From Paramecium tetraurelia (taxonomy: Eukaryota): a stretch of DNA of 64,000 nucleotides. The translations under genes and the position numbers were made by a program. Under the pieces are notes generated by a model, which was not told where the DNA came from, searched no databases, and saw only the letters and a program-made list of their open reading frames with translations. Below, piece by piece: positions 1-14,023 of the stretch; within the stretch, counting starts at the first letter, position 1, and the number at the start of each line of letters is the position of its first letter. Location: contig CT868096.1 of NCBI GenBank assembly GCA_000165425.1, positions 186,001 through 250,000 on the forward strand. The letters run 5' to 3'.

Positions 1-941
1 GATATAAAATAATGTTTTGAACTAATTTCTCATTAAAATAAAGATAAATGCAAATTCTATGATTATGCACCTAAGGTCTTTAACTAAATCAGAAGACTAT
101 AGATGATCGATAATGACAATTATCTAAATAGTATTGGCCCTGAAAATCTTTTATTTAGTTTTATGTAAGGTGATCTTAGCACCTTAACTGAGTTAACTTC
201 AACTGGGAAAAGTGGAAGTTTCTTCTATTTTTCATAAGACGGATTGTACACGATAAAAACAATATCTGAGAAAGAGTTTTTATTATTCAGAAAAATACTA
301 AGCAATTACTTCTACTATTTGAAAAATTGCCCAAATTCTCTTATAATTAAGCTCTATGGTTTACATAAAATAAGCATAAATGGCAGAAAGATCTTCTTCA
401 TTGTAATGGGAAACGTATTTAAGACCGAATTTTAAATCCACAAAAAGTATGATCTCAAAGGTAGTACATATAAAAGAACTACTCAATAAAATCTTGATCC
501 AGATGTAGCTCGTAAAGATTTGGATTTTATGGCTAACAATGAAATAATCTCAATCGATCCAAAAAAACAATAAGAACTTTTAGAATAAATAGAAAAAGAT
601 TCAGAATTTTTATCGGATAATAATCTATTAGATTACAGTTTATTAATAGGAATTCATATTATAGAGGACAAAAAGGACATTTAGATGATTGCTAATGCTA
701 ATGACATAAAAATTATAAAGTCTAACGATTAAACTAAAATCTTCTTTTTCGGCATAATAGATATACTAACAGAATTTGAGTAATTAATTTTAATACTATT
801 TTTAGTACTTCAAAGTAAATGGAATCATTCTTTAAAAAAATCTTTTAAGGCCCATAAATTTCAGCTATTCCTCCTAAAGATTATTCTTAAAGATTCAAAA
901 ACTTCATGAGTTAAATATTAACTCAACAGAATTTTTATTGA
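1..941 (+). CDS. Phosphatidylinositol-4-phosphate 5-kinase, 3' part (5' end outside window)
   Basis: FYDYAPKVF, GKSGSFFYFS, IIKLYGLH, KYDLKGST, LLDYSLLIG, FFGIIDIL, ISAIPPKDYSQRF. Intron 780-805; TGA at 939-941. Confidence 0.93.
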
Positions 942-1226
942 TTTTTTGATAAAAAAAATATAATTATATCATAAATTTAGTCAAAGTTACATGATTTGAA
1001 TTAATGTAACTGATCAATATATTGTATTCTATCCAAGATAATATTTCAAAGCTGTAATTACATTAATATGTAGTATTCAATTAATAAAATTATTTATAGT
1101 GTATTTGATATTAAATTTGATGAATTTAGGCGGTTGTAAGAAGATTGTATATTAAATCTTGAGTTTCACAAATAGATTATGAGATATCTGTAGAAATTTA
1201 AAACAATTTTTATGATTATAAGTGAA

Positions 1227-1780
1227 TCATTTTTATTTTTTATCCCAGCACCTTAAGGCTGTTAAAATATTCTAGAATATGCTAGGGTCTTTTTTATCTG
1301 GTTGAGCTTTTAATACTTTGGGTGACTAATTGGAATAACATATTTACATCTGAAACTTGTAAACTTACTTATTATTGTTAAGTTTATTACAATTAATAGA
1401 TCAATTTCGACTTTTCTTCATCATCCTGCATGAGATTAATTATTTCGTCAGCCATTTTAGGATTTTTTTTCAGTTACTGACCGGCCATGATTGTTAGAAA
1501 TTAATGAACCAATGGGATTCCAGATTCTAATGTTCTATGTATTAAAGTTGAAAAATACTACAATATCCTCTTTAACACCATTATTAAATTGCCACTGCTC
1601 CAATTTGAATATCCTTTGTAACAATAAATAATAATAATCTTTGATGAAGCCATTCATACAATTCATCTTCATCCATAAATTCCAAATCAGGTTTTGGAGG
1701 TTTACTTAAATCAGGAAAAAAACTAAAAATATATAAACACTCTCTAACTTATTCAAAAATTGCTATATTTCTTTATTCAT
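1227..1780 (-). CDS. Hypothetical protein
   Basis: Code-6 reading MNKEIQQFLNKLE..PDLSKPPKPDLEFMDEDELYEWLHQ..RTLESGIPLVHQFL..ALRCWDKKQK*. Short introns inferred; internal structure uncertain. Confidence 0.5.
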
Positions 1781-1863
1781 ATTAATAATAATTTAATAAA
1801 AATTGATCTCTAAATTATAAACTCAAATCACTAAACTTTATATACATATATATTACTATTCAA

Positions 1864-2483
1864 TCATTCCTTATTAAATCTTAATTTCTATTTTAGAACA
1901 CTTATTTAACATTTAGTTCATCATTCTTAAAGCAATTATTATTAACTACTGGAGATTCTTAAATATTGGCTAGCGCTTAAATATCTTTTTCGATTTCTTT
2001 GGATCCCTTATCATTTTAAGTAAAATAGTGATCATCTTGTTAAGATACAAAGTTCTCGTTTATTGGTAATAAGGTTGTGCATTCAATTCTTAACTATTAT
2101 GGGCTTTCAAAGTCAGATGAAGTATTAATGGATTTGACTTCAATAAATGTTTCATCAAACTTAGGTTCAAATTGATGATACTCCATCTTTACCCTCTTTC
2201 TAATTTCATCTTCTTCCAAAAAATCATTTTTATTATTCTTTAATCCTGTTTTTTATAATTAAAAAGTTGATCCCCTCTCTTTAAATTGTTTGGATTTGTC
2301 ACTTTTCTTCAAATAAACTTATTTTAAATCTAAAGTTGAAGGGATTGATTTAGATGATAATTTTAGCTTAGGATTAGACCCATTACCCTAATGATTTTAA
2401 ATTTTTGGTAACATTAGAAATGAAGCCACAAAAAAGCCAACTCCTATTCCTAACAAAAATTTGGCATCAATAATTATTTACAT
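1864..2483 (-). CDS. Hypothetical protein with N-terminal membrane anchor
   Basis: MQIIIDAKFLLGIGVGFFVASFLMLPK followed by a hydrophilic ORF. 3' end approximate. Confidence 0.55.
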
Positions 2484-3052
2484 AAAACTCTTAAATTATT
2501 AAATATATAATATTATATACAATTCCTAATTTAGACATCTCATCTCTTTCAAGAATTAGGATATATTATTCTTAGGTCTTGGATTAGATTTCTTATAATC
2601 AATGTAGGAATACACTTTAAAAATTTATAACAATATTTTCAAACTTTTTGTAATTCCTATTTTGAATACAACCGATTTCTATTAGATCCACTTCTAACCA
2701 ATTCTACAAGCATTCATTCAATATATAAGTGTAATAAATACCAATATTGAAGAAGTTTAGAATATTATATTTTATTCAATTTTGAATGAATTCTGATAAT
2801 CGAATTTGCTTTAGATATCAATCCACTTAAGCAGAAATGTATAACGCTTCAAGAAAATATCCTCTATTTTTACTCTGGTGAAATTTCAAACAAAAATATA
2901 TATCCAATGATCCATTCAGAAATTGCCTTTTTTCTTAAAAATAAGTCCTTCTAATGACCAATATCCTTCCTCTTCTCATTAGTGAATAGAATAAACCAAA
3001 ATTAAATATATTATAACTTTATAGCAATGTATAAAACATATACATAGATTCT

Positions 3053-3580
<528 letters not shown>

Positions 3581-4493
3581 TTATACATTATATTTTTCCC
3601 TTTCTACCTTACCGATAAAAACTGATTCTAAATTTCAGGGGGATATCTAATAATTAAAGGATAATGAATTATTAAAATCTAAAATTCTTATTTCTTGTTT
3701 TAACAAAATATTCAGAATGTGAAAATATATCTTTTTTAATTGATAGAATGCTATAAAATTCTATTTGAAATTAGAATCAAAGTCCCTTGTTAAATTTGAA
3801 AAATGTAGATATTATTGAAAGATGATAATGGAATTTTATTTATAAATGAATTATTTTTTCAAATGTTTTTGAGTTTATTATTTCACTTTTAGCGTACTTA
3901 CTTTTTATATAATAAAAGAAATAGAAAACATATGTCAAAGTTATCTTAGGTTGTTGTTGACTTTTGACTTATTTTAATCAAATATAATATCAATTTCAAA
4001 TTTATTTAATTTTCAAGTTTAAATCCCTGAAAGATCTTAGAATGAAGATCAAAAAAGGAAAGATTTGATACAATATTGCCTTTAATAAGGACTTTATTAA
4101 TTTTGCAATGTTATTTTAAGAAAGATGTGATATTCCTTTAGTAATAGTATGATGTAGAATAAAAGTAGTATGTTGTTTTGATGATATTTTAATAAATAGC
4201 ATCTCGACGGTATTAAATTTTATTCTAATAATATCCTTTATCGTTGAATTTATATAAATAAGTCAGATACATTTTTATAATCAACTTGCTCTATACATTT
4301 ATAAAAACAAAATAGAAAGGTTTAATATAGATATTTTAATTAAAAAAAATTTGAGTAAAAGGAATCAATAAATTTTCAGATTAACAATTTTAGATTAAAA
4401 ACATAATGTATTTATTGTATAATAGTAGAATGGCCAGCTCTATAAAAAAATTTTAATTAATTCTGGAATAAAATATACTTATAATTAAATTTA

Positions 4494-5586
4494 ATGTACT
4501 AATGCATAGTATTTCCTTCTGATTATACGCCATTTAAATAAGAATTGATATTAACAGGATGTGTGGTGGCTTATGAATTGCTGACCTATCCTATTGATTT
4601 TATAGGAAATAGAAGTATTTAGAGGGAAACATATTTATCAAAATCCTTAATTTAGGAGTCATCTTTAATATACTCTGAAGTAAATCATTTCCTTATTTTT
4701 TACGATTGTTGGTTCAAAGTGTAGTCTATATTATGGATTAAAAAGCAGAATTGATTTATCACTAAGTAAGATTGTATTACGATACTATATCTTTAATTAT
4801 TTATACTTCAAATATGCGTTTAAGAATTACATCTCACCAAGATTCAAAGATGAGGACGAGAACAAAGGATTTGATATTACTCCAGAAAATTCAACTGTTT
4901 ATCCTTTATTGAGATATGCAAAGATGACAGATCCATTAGTATTACTAATAGCAGCAACATCTAATTTGATTGGAATGATTGCATCTCATCCTATTAGCAT
5001 TTTAAAAGTGAGACTGCAAAATGAAATACTAAAATAGCATGAGTATTGTTAATGTTAAATTATTAGAACCAAGAATTATTCATAGAAGATGACTGAAATG
5101 AGTAGATCATGTGGTAATTAGATGTGGATTAAAACCACTTTTGGTTCTCGCTTTTTATATACATACTTATAATTTATAGCAGAAATGGGTCTATTTTAGT
5201 TTTGTTTAAATAAATTAGGATATGAATTTCTGAATGTCTTTAGGCCCAATTAATATTTCAATGGCAACATAATAACTGTAGGATTCTCTGTGATAGGATC
5301 TTCCTTGATTTCAACATTATTATTGCAACCGATTTATATATACTAATAAAGGTCTGCTTATTAAGTCATTACTAAACAGCCCAAAAAATCCATCAAATCT
5401 TTTTATGTTCAAGTATATATGTATATTATTAAACAGCTTTATTAAAAAGAGAAAGCACAAGGGTTCTTAAAAGGATATATACATAATGCCTTGAGAAGTA
5501 TAAGTAGGAATGGGATAGCAGTTGGTACATTATGGGGTCTTGCAACAAAAGCTAACAAGGAAAGATTTAGACCTTCAGAGGATTGA
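4494..5586 (+). CDS. Divergent mitochondrial carrier (SLC25)-like protein
   Basis: Three spaced hydrophobic segments ending in carrier-like proline motifs LLTYPIDFIGNR, IASHPISILKVRLQ and LLLQPIYIYQQR, plus a GFLKGY-like segment. Start codon uncertain. Confidence 0.65.
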
Positions 5587-5691
5587 CTTGAAATATTTAT
5601 GTTTGATTAAGAAAATGAAATATAGAATAAATTTACACTTCGTAAATTAAGAAATGAAGAAATCGATTATACAATTTATTAAAAATAATGT

Positions 5692-6498
<807 letters not shown>

Positions 6499-6806
6499 AA
6501 ATAATTTATTTAATTGAATTTATTCAAAATAAACTTAACTAATTAATTCAAATCACAACCAATCCCAAATTATATCTATTATTATTATCAATCATTTTTT
6601 ATAAATTTTATTTTAGAACATTCAACATGCTTGTTATGTGAATTGCTTTGCTCAAAATCACTCATATTAATGCAATTATTGTTTGATTACAATTAATCCA
6701 TACTTGAATTTCAAAAAATTATTATTCAAAATGAGTTTTGCTATCTATATCTATTAATAAGTTCAATTTTAAATATTTTAATTTAAATCATTTTTTTAAT
6801 TTTTAT

Positions 6807-7728
6807 ATGAGAGCAACTCAAGATAAATACGAACACGTCAGAGGTGAATAAGCATAAGCTCCAATCAACGAAATTAGAGTCGCTGCCAAAGGACTTGATG
6901 GCTCATACATCAAAAGAGCTATTGAATTGTTGGTTGGCACATAAGAGATCCCAAAATAAGACTCTGTTGTGATTAAAGGAATTGATAATGCCATTCCTAA
7001 GGTATTGGTTATTAGTGAAATTGTAAGAAGAAGAGTAGCTGGATTATCACAAGTATCTCATTCAATTCTATATAAGATTAATTAAATTGGAAATACTTAA
7101 ATTGTGGACAAATATGTACCAACTGAAGAAGGATTAGTTGAAGTCAATATTACTAAATAATTGTCTATTTTGACCGTTAAATTGACCACAAAGCCAACTG
7201 AAGAAGAAAAAAAGTCTGTTGGATATTAAGAACCACTCCCTGAATCTGAAGTTGTTCCATAAAAATAAAGATAATGTAATTAATAAATTTAATAATTTAG
7301 AAGGAGAAAAAAGAGAAAGAAACACAAGATAAAATAGAGGTGCTCCAAGAGGTGAAAACAGAGGTCAAGATAGAAGAGATAATAGAGACAATAGAGATAA
7401 CAGAGACAACAGAGATAACAGAGACAACAGAGACAGAAGAGATAACAGAGACAACAGAGACAATAGAGAAAATAGAGAAAGAAGAGACAATAGAGACAAT
7501 AGAGACAATAGAGATAACAGAGACAACAGAGATAGAAGAGACAATAGAGAAAACAGAGACAACAGAGAACAAAGAGACAATAGAGAAAACAGAGATAACA
7601 GAGAACACAGAGACAACAGAGATAACAGAGATAATAGAGACAGAAGGGATAACAGAGATAACAGAGACAACAATAGATAAAACAATACAAGAAATACCAA
7701 TGCAAGAGAATAAGAAAAGAAATAATGA
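6807..7728 (+). CDS. Alba (Rpp25/Mdp2-type) nucleic-acid-binding protein with an R-D-N repeat tail
   Basis: NEIRV..SYIKRAIELL..VVIKGIDNAIPKVLVISEIVRRRVAGLSQ[intron 7053-7076]INQI..YVPTEEGLVEV..GYQEPLP. A second intron precedes the tail; TGA at 7726-7728. Confidence 0.88.
7375..7671 (+). repeat. Coding 9-bp tandem repeat (AGA GAY AAY), about 33 units, encoding R-[DE]-[NRQH]
   Basis: Direct reading: aga gat aat aga gac aat aga gat aac aga gac aac...; variation is mostly at synonymous third positions. Confidence 0.95.
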
Positions 7729-7813
7729 GATATAAAAAATCTGTTTAAGAAATACAATAAAATTTTAAAATATTCCCAAATTTATTTAATTAGATAATTT
7801 TATTTAATATTCT

Positions 7814-8335
7814 ATGCAGAATGATCTAAATTCATCTTTGATTTCAGCCCAGAATAAATAAACAATAATGGTCATTGGATTGCAACAAGCTGGAAAGACC
7901 ACGCTTGTTTAGAAATTTAAGGCTATAAATAAAAAGCTATTCTAAGAATCAAAGATTTCAGATTACGAGATTGAATTAATTGATACGCCAACCTACGATT
8001 CTTTCTTTACGTTGTTACCTTTTAGGGATCCAAAAGTTACAGGATATATCATTATATTTTGTGATTAAAATACAGACATTTTGAAATCTATCAAGTAAAT
8101 TAGGAAAAAGCTATTTACAAATAATGGCTAGCATAAAAGGACTATAATAATTTTGAATGAATATATAAAAGATAATGGGTCTTCTCAAATTCAAGAGGAA
8201 ATTATGAATATCAAATATTGGTGTAAACAATAGGATATTATATTTTGCTAATTAGATGTAAGCAGAGCATCACCTAAAGAAATACGTAAAAAATTAATAC
8301 TTAAATAGTCCGTGTATTTGAAAGGATGTACATGA
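7814..8335 (+). CDS. Degenerate Ras-superfamily small GTPase-like protein (173 aa, intronless)
   Basis: IMVIGLQQAGKTTLV P-loop; IELIDTPT at the G3 position; GYIIIF and IIILNE strands in GTPase order. Confidence 0.7.
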
Positions 8336-8371
8336 AAAGAATACGAACTACTTTGAAATAGAAAATATTTA

Positions 8372-8772
8372 TCATTCTGTAGTTTGCAATTGCAATGTAT
8401 GTTTTTCTATTTGCAATTTGGCTGTCTATTAAGGATCCATCTTTAATTGTATTATCCAATAATTTTTGTTTTAGATAAGTAATATTTCATTGGAGATCTA
8501 CTGCTTAGCATTGCTATGCTTAGGAATTTCACATATTTTCATTCCATATTTTTGTATTATCTTAATAGTATTTTTAGTGAGAAAAGGAATAAAGGATTCA
8601 AATACTTAATGCATTAATAGAGTAAACAACATTTAGTTAGTAAGTCCAAAATTTTCAGTTGTATAGTTACTGTTATCTCAGTAATAACCCTGATTATTGC
8701 CTCCACGTTCTTCACGCTGCTATCCTGCCTAATAATGTCTATACTTTTCACGTTTAATTCAGTTCTTTGCAT
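8372..8772 (-). CDS. Possible small hypothetical protein
   Basis: ATG-to-TGA frame of 124 aa if one 26-nt GT..AG intron is removed; no recognisable motif. Confidence 0.35.
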
Positions 8773-9586
8773 ATTTTTTACATTTTATTTATGAAAAGTT
8801 ATTGTTGTTAAGATCAGAAAATGATTATTTATACAATCATGTTAAACTTGAATTAATATGATAAATAAACTATATTTCCAAGATTGTTCATGGGTTTTTA
8901 ATTCCTTAAGGATATAAGATATAATTTCAATTAATTGTCCTCATCTCAAATATTATATCATTTCTTCTCTCAAAAATTGTTCAGTTTTACTAATCAAATC
9001 TTTCTAAAACATGTAAAAAAGCAAAAACTTTCAGGTAAATTGTTAGAGTATTCTGAGAGTATAGTAATAGAAACAAATGTATTTAAAATTGATTTAATTA
9101 ATTAAATTAGTGATATTGAATACACATAAATCAAATAGGCTTTCAAATGCAATTTACTGTTTATTTGTTCTCAGAAATGAATATGATATGATTAAATAAA
9201 AAAGCAACTTAAATTTATAAAAACCACCAAGCTTCTTAATATTTTTATCAGCATATTCTTGAATGAAAAAAATATGATTCAAGATAGGAAATGCTAAGTT
9301 CTTCACAATTTTTAATATGAATTTGATGATTATGTTTTAATATTAAATCATTAATAGAAGAAAATAAGTTTAGAATTCCTAATCTGTTGATGAAAAAAAA
9401 TAAATAATATATAAAATAAAAATAAATGATACGCTACTTATGTGTTATTAAAATATCATGTAATAATTTATTAAAATAATTTAATTAATTAAGAACATCA
9501 CCATTCTCAGTTTATGTTTAAGAATGAAATTCTTTAGAATGTAATATTAGAAAATAATTTTAAAAAATTAGAACATATTTCTTATA

Positions 9587-10477
9587 ATGTCACTCTAAGA
9601 AAATTGTAGCATATGCTTCGAGGATTTTGAAGATCCTGTTAAATTACCTTGTAATCATATTTTCTGTCGAGATTGTATCGTGGTTGCTCTTGAAGTATAG
9701 TATTTTAATAAAATCTAAGCAAAGACAGAGTTGTCCAATATGCAGACGACTATGTTGTAACTATATTAACTCGCCATTTCTTTCCATCACTCAACCTGAG
9801 GAAAGTTTGCATGAGCAGGAGGGGGATCCTTGCTTCATTTACAGAATAACTATCCATCACAACGCTTAAGCTCAATTTAATTTCTTTGAAAAAAGGTAAT
9901 GAAGTATACGAATAATTTTAGATATGTTGAAATGATAACAGAAGCTTTAAAAAAAAACTTGACTTTTATAATTGATCCTCAATACAATGACTGTTGCATG
10001 AGAGTTAAACTAATTGAATGTGTACCAGTTCATCAGCATTCAATTTACGTCTGCACAGTATAGAATATCCAACGTCTAAAAATAGTTGGATTTTCTGAAA
10101 GAAATATAAAGGATTCTGATTCTGTAAATTTTATAAATAATATTTAGAAACTAAAATATGCAACTACACAATCAATAATTGACAATTTCGATTAAGAAAC
10201 TTTAATTCTCTACTAGAAATTACATACATGCATTGAAGAAATAATCCAAATATTGTCTTTGAATGAAAACGCAAAGAGCCAACTGCTAGCACTAGCTGGC
10301 AAAAAGGAGGAAACCTCACCAGAAAAAATATCGAAACATTCATTAGAAATGTTATAAACTATATAGATGTGTGAAAATGGACTTTTAAAATGGTATTACA
10401 GTACCGACATTAATGGAAGATTGGGGGTGATTCTCAAACATTACGAATCCTATCTGAATTATTGTTAGAACTAATGA
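9587..10477 (+). CDS. RING-HC plus LON N-terminal domain protein (LONRF-like E3)
   Basis: MSLQENCSICFEDFEDPVKLPCNHIFCRDC..CPICR, then FNFFEKR[intron]YVEMITEAL resembling the LON-domain motif FEPRYRxMI. Confidence 0.78.
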
Positions 10478-10531
10478 TTATCATATTTTATATATTTTTT
10501 ATTTTCAAACGTTCATTTTATTTTAATTTAT

Positions 10532-12891
10532 ATGTAGGCTCGTATTCAACAGCTATCTAAACATATTCCAGACAAGCGAATTCACAACTATGCTTTTTCC
10601 ACACAAGCCGTCATTGGAAGAGGCTCCTATGGAGTAGTCTATATCGGTAGAAATATAGATTCAGGGTATTCCATTATGTAATTTCTATTTTAGGTAAATT
10701 GTTGCCATTAAAGCAATCGCCTTCTAACAATATTCCTCAGAGAATCAAACATTATTACAAAAAGAAATTGATATAATGAAAGACTTGGACTGTCCCAATA
10801 TAGTTAGACTTATCGATGTAATTACAACGGCTAATAATTGTTATATAATTTCGGAACTGTGTACCGGAGGAGACTTAAAAGAATACATGAAAAGATCAGT
10901 AAGAGTTTCATCTGATATCCTAGGGACCAATTGAGGAATCAGCTGCTACTAAAATATTGATATAAATATTGCGGGGGATTCTTTAATCATTTAAAAGAGG
11001 AATCATACATAGAGATCTTAAACCAGCCAACATCTTAGTGGCCAACAATAACATATTCAAGATAGCCGACTTTGGATTTGCCAAACGATTCGATAAATTA
11101 GATGAAGATTTGATGACATCCCTAGTTGGAACTCCCCTCTACATGTCTCCACAAGTATTACTTAGAAGATAATACACTTCCAAATGCGATGTATGGTCTA
11201 TAGGCTTAATATTCTACGAAATGATAGAAGGCAAAACACCTTGGAATGTTAGAGACATTCTAGATTTAGTTAATAAACAGAGAAATTAAAAAATTGCTTT
11301 TTGTAATTTTATTCTTAATAATATTAGCAAAAAAAATTTCTAAATCAGCTTAATAATTCATCACTGGGTGTTTAGCTTACGAAGAAAATAATAGATTTGG
11401 GTGGGAATAAGTCTTTACTCATCCTTTATTTGAAAATGCATTTGAGAGACAACCAAAAAAGGAGACATAATAATAATCTTAACCTCAAACTTAAAATCCA
11501 TAACCATAACCTTAAGTTTAATAATTATATTAATAAACATAATAGCCTGCATAAAATCATCCACAAAATTAAACTTAGTAAGTATCTTAAAATAAGAACA
11601 CTTCAAAGTAGTAACAAGCTTCAATGCATTAACAATAAATTTAATAAGTTTTCTCTTAAACTTAACCCCTGTAATAGTTATAATAACAGATTCCAAACTA
11701 ATAATAAAAGCCAATAATACAACCTACTTAACCATAACTACAATAATAGTTTGCAAATACTTCAAATTTAACTCCCCAAGAGGCTAAATAAAACAAGTCA
11801 ATGCAAATAATCCCTAATGTAAGTCCTACAGATGATAAAATTAAACGAAATACAATATCTCCTCTGTAATTACACGTTGATAATCGATAAGTTTAGCTGA
11901 TTAAAGGTAAGCATTATTTGAAAACTCATGCTTCCCCCCAAAATGATGAGGAAAACAAAAATAATATCTCCAACTAAAAAATATAAAATTGTCAAACACA
12001 GCCTAATACTTAGAAGAAAGATAGAACTGTGAGTGTAGTTCATCATAAAGTTGAATCTTAGCAGACTACTAGCAGATATAGTGACAATAAGTAATGCAGG
12101 GAAGATTAATTCAAATCTGAAAGAAATTATTGTCCTCCAAAGCATCTTTACTAAAATTCAGAGCCAAAGTTCCTATTTCATAGATAATCTTCTGAAAATG
12201 ATGAATTCACTATCAACAGAATGCTTATTTAAAATTAGATAGAATTTTTGTTGTTTCTGAAAAAACTTAGAGAACAATTACTTGAGTTCTATGGCAACAA
12301 TTCAATTTAAGCATCAACAGTTGAAAAATTATCCTTTATTCTTTTGAAAAATGTTATGATCAAAACTACAGATATAAAAACTAATCTTGTTGATAAATAA
12401 ATCAATATATTAGATTTAAGAGATTTTGAACATTTTAGAATGACAGAATCTTTTCGAAATTTAGAAAAATGCATTTTAGAAATCCATTTTGAAACATTCA
12501 ATCAATTCTAAGAAACGTTCTTGCATTTAAACGAAAATTTAAATTTAGTTATGTAGGATTCAGATTTCTTAGAAATATTTAATAACAATTTTGAGTATTC
12601 AATTCATTTTGTTAAATATGCTTACAATTTGACTGCCTAATTCATTAAATGTAAATTTTAATATTATTTTAAGCCTTTTTATATGACTAAGTACTTGAGT
12701 GCTCAAATGTGAAGATTGTAAATTTTACTTTTCTTTTGGGACAATTAGCCTAATATTTATAATAAATGTCATTCTCTCCAAATGATGTGAATAAACTCCT
12801 TAGTAATTGTCGTAGTTTCAAGGAGGATTTCAGATTAAAAAGAGTTGAATGTCTAAACTTAATGGAGAAACTAATAGTTAAATACAATTGA
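10532..12891 (+). CDS. Ser/Thr protein kinase, ULK/Atg1-like, with Q/P-rich linker and helical C-terminus
   Basis: IGRGSYGVVY, VAIK, HRDLKPANIL, DFGFAKR, VGTPLYMSPQ, YTSKCDVWSIG, GKTPW; several short introns. Confidence 0.9.
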
Positions 12892-13055
12892 TTTAAAAAT
12901 AATCATGTTATCTATGTTTAAGTATCAATTTATATTATATTTACCCATTGTTATGTAAAACAATATATATCCATATTATTAAAAGAAAAAGGCAACTTTG
13001 AAAATAAAAATATTTTTATAACTTAATATTAAACATAATTGTGTATTATTATAAT

Positions 13056-13766
13056 TCATCTAAAATCTTTATCAATTTGAAACATCACTTATTAAATCTT
13101 CCTATTAATACTTAATGAACTTGAATACTTATCAATCTCAGCGGCTTTGGCTGCGTCTTGATTCTTATACAACTATTGAACAGCTTTTTGTGCATTTGAC
13201 AATAGAGTGATTGTGGTTAAATATTCCTTAGTTTTTTTTAATTTATTATCACTTTGTTTTGATTTTGAAATAGTTCTCTTATTTTCTTTCTAAGATTGCA
13301 GAACTTTATTGGAAGGGTCTAATAGGTTATATATCTCACTTATATTTTGTTTGATTAAATTATCTAGAGTCAAATGAGGTTTGCAGATTGGAATCTAATA
13401 ATTATGATCTGAAGTGGAAAAGTAGACATCTGACTAATCATTTTTTTTTGGAGTTAATTTAATGTTGTTTGTAGCTTTTAAGAAATTATAATTTTATTAC
13501 TATTAATTTATTCAATTAAATTATCTTGAAGTGCATGAACTGAATTATGAGTTAAATGTTTTTGTGTATCCGCAGGCATAAGAGGAGTTATTGACAAAGA
13601 TTACCTATGTTCATGCCACATATTGATCAACTGAAGCACATTTTCATTAGATTTTTTTATTTGTTTAGCTTTTAAAATAATTATTCAATACTCCTCTCAG
13701 TCGATTTTGAGTTAGAATTCAGGTAGTATCTTTTGGAAGCGGATTGATTTCCTGCATAAACATCAT
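13056..13766 (-). CDS. Hypothetical protein
   Basis: Code-6 ORF MMFYAGNQSASKRYYLNSNSKSTER.. with two short introns, ending in TGA. Confidence 0.5.
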
Positions 13767-14023
13767 TTATTTCAGTCTTAATCCTTTCAAATTAGTATGG
13801 TTTCATTTTTCAGAATTATTATAAAATTAAATTAAATACATTATAGAACAATTTATGGACTTAAATCTAATTATTATACTTGATTATTTCATAGAAAAAG
13901 AATTATCTATTATTTTATAGAAATTAATATATAAAATATAATAAATAATGAAAATAATTGTTATTCTACTTGATTATGAGAAATTTAATTATAATATATT
14001 TTGTATTTTTTTATTAACAAAAT

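Noticed and set aside
7723..7728. TAA directly before the TGA stop in four genes (Alba, LONRF, 14024, 61511), suggesting context-dependent stops
   Set aside because: TAA is a very common Gln codon here; four cases among about 38 genes is not convincing.
7289..7757. Track ORFs encoding Cys/Leu/Tyr-, Ser/Val- and Glu/Thr-rich repeat proteins in four frames
   Set aside because: Shadows of the 9-bp repeat. The frame continuous with the Alba domain in code 6 gives R-D-N.
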